Source: Schizochytrium sp. TIO01
Taxonomy: Eukaryota; Protista; Bigyra: Labyrinthulomycetes
Reading direction: 5' to 3'
DNA: 64,000 nt
Assembly (NCBI GenBank): GCA_004764695.1
Contig: SMSO01000032.1
Coordinates: 1,984,001-2,048,000 of the forward strand
This document shows, piece after piece, positions 23,300 to 31,916 of the stretch. A model generated the notes under the pieces. That model saw only the letters and a list, made by a program, of their open reading frames with translations, made no database searches and was not told where the DNA came from. The translations under genes and the position numbers were made by a program. How positions within the stretch are numbered: the first letter of the stretch is position 1; each line of letters opens with the position of its first letter.

Positions 23300-25012
23300 T
23301 CAATACAGAGAATCATCATTTCTACACCACATTTTGTGCCCAGTGATATGCTCGACATACCGCACCCGAGCCTTAAACTCTTCAAGTCCAGCTATGTAAA
23401 GCTGGGCATCTTCAAAAATAAAAGAATCTATCTTTCTCATTTGAGAGAGAGATACATCACTTAGTGAGTGAGAAGTTACACCATGTGTCTGGGAGGTAAT
23501 TTTAGGTCGTTCAACACCTGAGTCGCATATACAGTAGTCTGGTAATTTATGGTGATATTGAAACTCCCACATACACATTGACTCGTGGAAGTATTCTGAA
23601 ATCCCAACAAACCACATATTTTGCATACGACTAATGGCAAGAGATGTATCTGGTTGAAGTAGCTTGGTCTCATAAATACTGTGAAGCCTATCCCACACAC
23701 CACGACAAAGAAACGCACGAGTTTGCATTGACTTTGGATGATAGCATCCAAAGTATCCCTTGCCAGGCCTCCAATGATTGCTGAAGTAGTCAAGCCATTT
23801 GTCCAAAGCTCTTACTGTAGCTTTGTATACCTTAGAGATCTCGCCTTCGAGTCTTTTGAGCAAAAATTTGTTTGCTTCGATATCTGAAGCATTCAATGAA
23901 GTATCCAGTAATGCAGCTTCGGCTTGACTCTTTCTTTCATTAAGCTTCTCGAGCGTTCCACTTGGTACTGCTCGAGGAAACTTTCGATTTGCTTGGTTAA
24001 TCCCATCCCATCCATGCTCGCACTGGAAATACTGTGATAAGAGGTGACTGCGCGGTTCTCGAAGAAAAGTTCCATCATAGTTATTAACAGGGTCAAACTC
24101 TCGCCGATATGGTGTGCCTTCCAGGCAGTCTTCATGAAAATGGTGAGTCGCGCCTTTATACAACTGATCAGCTACACTATACATGAATGCAGTAACTGCA
24201 GTCTTTGGAATGTGCATCATGTTGAATCCTTCGCCAGCTCGCCTTGCAGGATCAATAAGCCGAACTGGCTTCACGTTCATGTATAATTGTTTTTCCTTAA
24301 TTTGAACATCTATGCTTTCCTCCCCGAGACTTTCAGTTGCAGGAGTATGCGACTCTCCGGCATCAGCGGTGCCATTAGCAGAAGAAGGAGAGCTTTCCTC
24401 TTTGATAGTTGCAGGAGTACGCGAATCTCCGGCATCAGCAATGCCATTAGCAGAAGAAAGAGAGCTTTCCTCTTCGATAGTTGCAGGAGTACGAGAATCT
24501 CCGGCATCGGCGATGCCATCAGCAGAAGAAGGAGAGCTTTCCTCTTTGATAGACATCAAGACACTGTCAAGTTGAGCCTGATGTTTGGGTGAGGGGAGGT
24601 TTGTTCGATCTGAAACTTTGTCATTTTCAGTTTGACTTGTGTTCGAGGGGAGAACGTCCATTCCTTCAGCGGGTAAATCCCCTTGGGGTAAATCCAATAC
24701 GATTTCAGGTTGACTTAAGTTCGCTTCTTTAATGGTTGCCTCTTGGGGATGTTGTCTTGATGCCTGAAGTTTCTCAATTTCAAGACTGCCCCGAAGTTTA
24801 GAATCCTCGATGAATATACCAGGTTCATTATTTTCAGATTCTGTCTCGAGCTGGGTTATTGAGACGTCTAATAGGGACATGAATACTGATGATTTACGCC
24901 CCACCCAGAATGAAACCATGTTGGTGCATAGCATGGTGCAACATAGAAACAAGAGCAGTGGCTTGTAACATGTCATCTGCCTTTTAAAGGATGTGTTGCT
25001 CGCAGTCTTCAT
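23300..25012 (-). CDS. Type II membrane sulfotransferase-family protein (ST2, 570 aa)
   Basis: Intact ORF. N-terminal anchor LLLFLCCTMLCTNMVSFWVGR, acidic repeat stalk, then MHIPKTAVTAF, FLREPRSHLLSQY, GCYHPKSMQTRAFLC and WFVGISEYFHES. Confidence 0.85.
   Translation of the reverse strand: MKTASNTSFKRQMTCYKPLLLFLCCTMLCTNMVSFWVGRKSSVFMSLLDVSITQLETESENNEPGIFIEDSKLRGSLEIEKLQASRQHPQEATIKEANLSQPEIVLDLPQGDLPAEGMDVLPSNTSQTENDKVSDRTNLPSPKHQAQLDSVLMSIKEESSPSSADGIADAGDSRTPATIEEESSLSSANGIADAGDSRTPATIKEESSPSSANGTADAGESHTPATESLGEESIDVQIKEKQLYMNVKPVRLIDPARRAGEGFNMMHIPKTAVTAFMYSVADQLYKGATHHFHEDCLEGTPYRREFDPVNNYDGTFLREPRSHLLSQYFQCEHGWDGINQANRKFPRAVPSGTLEKLNERKSQAEAALLDTSLNASDIEANKFLLKRLEGEISKVYKATVRALDKWLDYFSNHWRPGKGYFGCYHPKSMQTRAFLCRGVWDRLHSIYETKLLQPDTSLAISRMQNMWFVGISEYFHESMCMWEFQYHHKLPDYCICDSGVERPKITSQTHGVTSHSLSDVSLSQMRKIDSFIFEDAQLYIAGLEEFKARVRYVEHITGHKMWCRNDDSLY
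24336..24551 (-). repeat. 72-bp (24 aa) coding tandem repeat x3 in the ST2 stalk
   Basis: gcaggagta recurs at 24339, 24411 and 24483. Unit ATIKEESSPSSANGIADAGDSRTP. Confidence 0.95.
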
Positions 25013-27786
25013 CCGATATTCTTCAGAGAATGCTGCAATATTATGGCTTGGACTAGACGCTGCCTTTGTACAAACCTAGCGTAATTTGTCCAATGTTTGT
25101 CTTTGTATGAACTATCTGAGAAGCTATTGAAGGCATATATATGTTGCCCAGCGTATAAGATGCAGTGGGACCAAGTCGTCTCTTCAGCACCAATGTCCTG
25201 AGCAACAATATGGTTTTGATAACCAATTCATTTTGTTCGTACTCTTATATATATATATTCTAATCATCGTGATAACAGTCAGTAGTTTCATCTTATAGTA
25301 CTTAACAAGTTTCAATTTTTAATTTCTATACAAGATTGATAAATCCTCCCTGAATACATTGCTATTGCTATATACCAGTAAAAAGAAAAAAAGATGTTAA
25401 ATTACAACTTCCTCACCTCCAAACCTCTACGCAAACATGGAAGTAAGCGAGTGAGTGAACTTCAGACCACGCTTTGCAGAACCAACACGTAAGAAGTCGA
25501 TAAGAAGAGCGATAATGAAGCCGATAAATTGATCAGTTGTCAGTCAAAAGAGCAAACTAGCCCTATTCTCAGGTATATCACAACTCTTCCTGCTATGACT
25601 ATAGCCCTTCTTTTTTCTTTTTCTTCTTTTTTTTTAAACAGTCCCAGTACTAGCAGTTGAAATTAGAACCCACAGCGTCCAGCAATTGGCCAACTGCAAA
25701 GAGTTGCTAGTCCAAATCGTTCTCACTATTGCCATGAGCCCATTCCTCCCTACCAGTTAAGGTTTTCTTTGCTTTAAAATGTATAATTAATTACAATAAA
25801 AAGCTCTTTTGTAAGGTGGGGTAATAGACTAACCGCTGACTATATCACCAGCACCTCTCCTACTACGATGATTCATATAGGCCCACTTACGGTAAAACTG
25901 TTATCACAAACACAACGATACCTACCTCTTAAAAGAAGAAAATTCCCTTAACTTTGCCATCATTATAACATCGGCTATCGATCGCCCTCTTAGTTCCGCT
26001 TGGTCAGCCGTTCGATGAGAGTCACGAGTCTTTCTCGTGAAGCTCTCTCAGGCTTCCAGAGCTGTTCTTTCTTCATTTCTCTCTTGTCCTGTCCAAGGAA
26101 ATGGGCAAGAAAGCTGAGTGAGAAAGAAGCATTTCGAGACGAATGCAACGCGAGAAACCCAGCTGGAAGGAAGGAGGGAATCAGAATGCAGGAAGAGCCC
26201 CCCACCAATGGGCTTGACATTCGAAGCCGCCGTGATTGAACATGAGATGGGTAGTTCATCTGGGCAGCCTATGCAAGTTAAGGACAAGATTGTCTGTCCT
26301 TAGCTCGGGATCCTTTGCACTCTAAAACGGAAAACCACATATGAATCACAAGAGATTCAACATTTCGTAGCCCCAACTGTCGCCATGGGACCTCGTAGTT
26401 CAATAGGAGAATTCGAGCTAGCAAAGACTCCTCCCAAATTTGGAGATGTGGCCCCAAGTTATTCTTCATACTTTCCCGCTTTTAATTAATTGATTGGAGC
26501 TAATAGAAAAGCTCGGCAAGCCATCAACGCTGTGCTCGCCGAACTCTATCAGAGGCATTAAGTGACCGCATTGGCTCGAGTTTTTTGGCCAACTTAAAAG
26601 GGTTGAGCTCACCGCCTCTGACCGGTGAGAGTGTCAGCATGTTATGCAAGGGCGACTCTTTCCAGTTTTAGGGATGGCGCATGAAACCACCTCATTGGGA
26701 AGTACTATCCCCTAATAGCTTTTATACATCGAAGTTACTTACTTCTTTGCTACATTCTGCACTCCAAATGGTCAAGGACCCTCGTAGATTTAGGGATTGA
26801 ACTTAACTCTGCAAGAGGTTTTAGAGATTGAATCAAATTTGAGACTATCTACTTAAAAAGCTGGGGATAGGTTATCGGAGGTTTGTAAAGTGGAGGCGTA
26901 GGCTGATTTATTCCTGCTTCAAATTGTTTAATCCTACCTAAGCTTAGAAAGAACTAATCTCCACAAGTTGACCTCTTTTGCTTCATGGGGAGTTTTGGCG
27001 CAGGGAATCACCGGGACCACGCTCACCAGTAGTACTCAGAGGTATACAATCTCAAGCCAAACAGCGATTGGTTTGGCTTAAGTTTTAACTCACTACCTCT
27101 AACTAATGACCAAGTAATGAGTGTAAGCTGAGACTATCACTCGTTACCACTACCAAGCCAAATGTATCATGGCACCTACCTACAAGTAGGTATTTCAAAT
27201 ATCAGAAACAGTAGTAGTCCAGCCACTACTTCTATTTAGAAAGTCAGAAAGAACTTTTGAGCTGTGTATATTGATTACAACTTTGAGCTGAAGACTAATC
27301 TGAAGCTATTACACGCTGATTGCCAAGCTGACGAGGTTTGTGAACCGACTGGAGTCTGCATACGGTGCGGGTACTAATGATTCATTTGTGTTGCTGTTCA
27401 CTTCACGTTCACTGATCATAGGCTACTCTTACTCATGAATCAAAACACGCAGATAACAAGCCAACCCAAGAAAAATCGTGCCATCTGGCTGAGAGTAAGC
27501 AACCCTATCTAGCAAATAAACTTTCAGGGGTCTGTTATCCTTGAAGGCTTGGCTACAGATATGGTCCTCGATTTGATCCTCACAAACAGCGAGTTCAGGG
27601 TTCCAAACATTTCACGGCTAAATCCAAAATGTCCCGAATTATGTCTGTCCAATATTCTTGACTAAACTCGCCAGGAAACCTTGTAAAGATCTAAAATCAT
27701 AGATTTGATTGTATGATCATGTTTACACAGCTATTCTTTTAAACTGGGCACGATTTCTTTGCAGAAGAAAGCGTATTGAGCTCACA

Positions 27787-28545
27787 CTACTCGTCCAAAA
27801 ATTGACTCACAACCCCGACAAAATGGGCTAATGCGGCAAATAGGCCTTTTGGTTTACGGACGACGTAGTACGTCCGTAAAAACTGAAGTTTAACTAACGA
27901 AAACATATAAGAGCAAGAATATGTGGTTACTAATAGTGTAAAAGTGCTTAAGGAATCCGAGCCCTCATTTTCGATTTTTTTCCAGAGCTTTTTCGCCCTT
28001 GGGGTGAGAGAATCTTTCACTGCGCGAATCGTTTGTGGCTTTACGTGGTATTTTACAGCCATCTCATCATTTGTAAGATTTTTTTCAGGTAAACCTTTTG
28101 AAGGACCTCTGTACCACAGCCTCGAAAAGTAATGCTCATACTTTTCTTGATCTGGAAGGTAGAGGCCCTACACACCCAAGCATGGCTATTGATTAGATGT
28201 ACAACCCGGAAGCGCCGACACGACACGACTCGACGGTGCGAGCGTTATATTCTTCTCAAAGCTCAGAGGAAGCTTGCACATTGAACAAACCTCGTAAATC
28301 GAGACACAGACTCAATGGGCTCGCGAATAGCAAGTACACATATTGGTTTACGATGTGCAGGAATTGCACGGAAGTAGTGGTCTGCAACAATGCACAGGCG
28401 AGGATCCTTTAACAACCAACTTTGAACAGAAAATCTACAGTGCGGTTCACTTCAGCCGTAAAGCTTTTCTGAAGCTCACTAGTTGCCTTTTGCCGTTCGT
28501 AGCCATAGCCAGGCCAGGCTGGGTTCCAGTGATTATCATCATCAT
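27787..28545 (-). pseudogene. 5'-truncated, frameshifted sulfotransferase-like pseudogene of a different subfamily from ST1/ST2
   Basis: My translation of the minus strand near 28420-28275 gives QSWLLKDPRLCIVADHYFRAIPAHRKPICVLAIREPIESVSRF, matching the WxxKDPRLC...(V/I)RxP pattern of P-loop sulfotransferases. Flanking frames are broken by stops and frameshifts. Confidence 0.55.
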
Positions 28546-28860
28546 CAGGGAACTCATTTTGGGTGGGTATTGACGGCGAACGCTCGGCGACAATTAATTG
28601 TGAAGTTTTGCCGTCAATGTCCGGCGCCGAGCGGCAGGGGGGTAGAGGCGGCAGCTGCTCTAGAATAGTCAGGGAACACCCACTTCGAAGTGTTGGTGTG
28701 TACCACTTGTGGGTATGTACCACCTGTGGGCTGTCAATAGCCAGCCATTTCGGTAGGCAGGGACTGCGTCAAATGACGGCAGGCCTGTGGATATTTACGC
28801 CAAATTCGGCGTCAAATGCCAGCACGCCGGTAAAAAAGCTGCCATCAAAAGAGCACCTTT
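28546..28860. mobile_element. Possible DNA-transposon terminus (hAT-like) with subterminal repeats
   Basis: Begins CAGGG where the sulfotransferase-like frame seems to end. About 7 copies of a GCCGTCAA-like motif in both orientations, plus palindromes CAATTAATTG and CACTTCGAAGTG and a TGTACCACYTGTGGG direct repeat. Matching other end not found. Confidence 0.35.
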
Positions 28861-28927
28861 CAACAGATATCGAAATAGGAAGATTATTTTTAAAAGATGC
28901 TGTTTTATTTTTATTTGACTGTTTCTA

Positions 28928-30402
28928 CTATAAATGCATTCGTAAAATTAATATTGAATCCTCAAAATTCTGGGTCATAGGTCTGAGAGGGCGAAAATTC
29001 ATCTTCCTGATCCTCATGTTGTGCCTTCCTCCGTTTCGACATGCTACAATTATTCTCTGTTGTACAGCTGACCTTTCGTCCATTTGTTTGGGAGGTTTTT
29101 GGCTGTGGCTGAGCAATTTTAAACTCTTCTGGGTAATTTTATAACCCTTCACACTTTGACCAATGTGTACCCTTTCACAATTAGACCAATGTGTAAGATA
29201 AGTACTGCACTTATCCATGAGTTGTATTTCACCTGCATGGTTTTGACAACCTGAAGATCTGTTTTTAATAGATTCCTGGATGAGAAGAGACCACACATAG
29301 GCGACATGAAATGGAGTAACGAACTTGAAGAATGGCGCCACTGTAAGACTTACTGTCATGCTAGGTGGGGTCTGTTTGAAATAAAGGCCAAGAACAAATT
29401 GCATCACTTTACTTATCACTTCTCTGCGGACAAGAGTCTTGTCTTCGTTTGATACCACTTCGTCTGTAAGCAATATGTCTAGTTATCTTGGTTTTTTAGA
29501 ATAGTCACTGATTTTTTAAACTTACCTGGGTCGTGGAAGTCCATCAAATTATCAATGTTGAAATTAAATATGCACCGATTGTCTACATATTCCCCCTCCC
29601 TACCATGTTTCACCTGCAATAAATTTCGTTTGGAGGTTTCAATTGCAAGGACATCATCCATAGACTTTCAACGTCAAGAGCATCTTTGACGTGATGATGT
29701 CCTTCAGGAATGCCAAGTAAAAATGCCATTGCGGGTACGTTCGATCCGACAGATTGCTCACGGATGGCGGATTCGAACTGTTTATACTTGGCTTCTACGC
29801 TGTGATAGAACAAATCTTCTAACCACAGGATTAAAAACTTTGCTTTCATGACATCCTCCCAGAATATCCTGTAAAGCAGGAGTTCTTTCGTCCGGCAGCT
29901 TATTCCCTTTTTAGATTGAAATAGCCCTCTATGCTCCTTGCATATTTCTTTAGTTGCAGCTCCATCTTTGTACCCAAGTGTCTGCAAGGCCTAGTACTCA
30001 ATCTCATAAAGAAGTATCGCAGTTTCATTAATGCCTTGTTTGCGGTATTTGCTCCCAAAAAAAGAGCCCCGTACGGAGCACGATTCTCTCTTCTTGAAGC
30101 GAGCGAAAGAAACTAAATACAGATGAGGTAGTCATGTCAGATATTACCTTCAAGTTAAGAGCAGCAGGGTTGTTAGTTGTTACACCTGTCGCCAAGACAG
30201 CATACTTCGCAGCAAAATCAGCCGTTTCGGTGGTGTCAGTATGAAGATACGCCTTTAGAGTATTGAATCGATTCTGAAACCGTGTCTACATCTCCTGTCG
30301 TTGCAAAGTATCCAACTCTTCATTCTCAGAAACTAACTCTACTTCGATAGGAGAGGCTGGAGCTTGAGATACAGTTCCAGCTGCTACTCTCGCTGTTTCC
30401 AT
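28928..30402 (-). pseudogene. Decayed ~480-codon gene of unknown family
   Basis: ATG at 30402 (METARVAAGTVSQAPASPIEVEL...). Successive ORF-track fragments (29610-29987, 29479-29661, 28928-29473) abut or overlap and read as one protein with in-frame stops and frameshifts. Confidence 0.5.
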
Positions 30403-31251
30403 CTATAGAACTACGTTTAACGCCTTGGCTATCGCGAAACACTCGTTCCTTCTGCGCTCGCGCCTCGCACCTCGCGCCTCACGTCTGTACCCGAACCTCT
30501 TACCAGCGGCCCTTGAAGAATTGAAAGGCCAATCAGGGTTATGGTTTTGTCCCAGTGCGCCGTACAACTTTGGTTTTGAAGTTCAAGTTGTTAAGCCATA
30601 ATGGGCTGACACTGCACTTTGTGTTCCTCGAGTGGGTTCTGCAATAAATGGTACCACACCTAGCATACTACTAGGTAGTACCTAGTGATATCTAGTATTA
30701 AACTTTGAATATCATTAACCGTGATTGCCAAGGTTTTGCTCCGTCACGACAGGCTGACGGTAGTCAAATGGTTCATCATAGTGCACACCAACTTGCACTC
30801 AGAACTAAGAAAGAGTACGCAACTGCTGCTAGGGCCAGTGCCTTCTTCATCGTCTTCAAGTTCCTCTCCAAACAGCCAGCCTCAGAAGCGCCGTCGTGGG
30901 AGGCCATGACTCCCCCTGGAGAATTTGTTACCGATCGAAACACACGTGAATGCAGGTGGTGTGGACAGCTTGTAGTAAGCGACGAATGAGCTCCCCATTG
31001 GGCTTGCCGCTTTATCGAGCTTCGCGCAGTCAATGGCGAAGCATATGCATGTCTACGCAAGGGATCCCAAATCATGGCACCTGAACCTCGATTTCTTATG
31101 ATCTATGCAATGGAGGCCAAATTTCTTCACGACTAAGTATGGTGAACTTTGGAATGAGAGTAAAGATTCTCGCGAGCGTGTTGTACAGACCAGCCACGTC
31201 TGGCTTGTAAATTCCCTAGCTAACTCGGATGAATGGTTTCATCCTAGAGAC

Positions 31252-31671
31252 CTCTTGCTTACCAATGGAACGTGGCGATTTGCTCTTGTCGAGAATGTGT
31301 TGAGCGGTACATTAGATTCGTACAAGTACATGTACATCAGATTTAGACAATCTCTTTGCACAAATTCCCCTCAGCTAAGGACCATTCAATGAAATCTATT
31401 CTTCTGTTCATCTTAGTATGAAACTGCTGTGCTCGAGGCAGAAGACTGGCCTAAAGTTCCTCAGGGAAAGCGGGGGAATGCAGTCACATGCTTACGTGGT
31501 AGCACATCTTTGCCTGATTATATTCCAGGCTGGGCAGACTTGCCCCCAGTGAGCCCGATAGATGCCTGCAACAAACTCACCACAACAATAACGCTTATTC
31601 CATACGGCGCAACAGTCCTTCGAGTATCTGAGTTCCCTACAGCAGTGAATACTGGCCTGCGAGCAGCCTGA
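31252..31671 (+). pseudogene. Pseudogene fragment paralogous to the C-terminus of the GH127 gene at 20246-22507
   Basis: LLTNGTWRFALVE...VQVHVH/DLDNLFAQIPLS*GPFNE...EDWPKVPQGKRGNAVTCLRGSTSLPDY...LIPYGATVLRVSEFPTA aligns by eye to the intact gene. About 3 frameshifts and one in-frame stop. Confidence 0.9.
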
Positions 31672-31916
31672 AACTCCTCGTTTTTGCTTTTTATTTTGTT
31701 TTTATCATAATTATAAAAAGATAAGATTTTTACAACTATCATTCAATGTAAATTTTATCCAGTGTATATATATATATATGCCATTGCTTGTTCGGAAAAT
31801 GTAATCTGTGGATCCAACGAAACAAGCTCTTACGCAAGGCATTCTTCTACTTTAGTATGAGAGCAAAAACCCTCAACAATTTCCCGCTAAAATCTTCTTT
31901 AGTAAAAAATAACTGG

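Noticed and set aside
25990-27450. Further decayed minus-strand gene, including a CAIPKTG peptide near 26660
   Set aside because: Too many stops and no second supporting motif; cannot be assigned.
28660-28700. LRSGCSL as the 5'-PSB (RSGTS) motif of the sulfotransferase pseudogene
   Set aside because: It falls inside the palindrome/repeat-rich tract that looks non-coding; probably coincidence.
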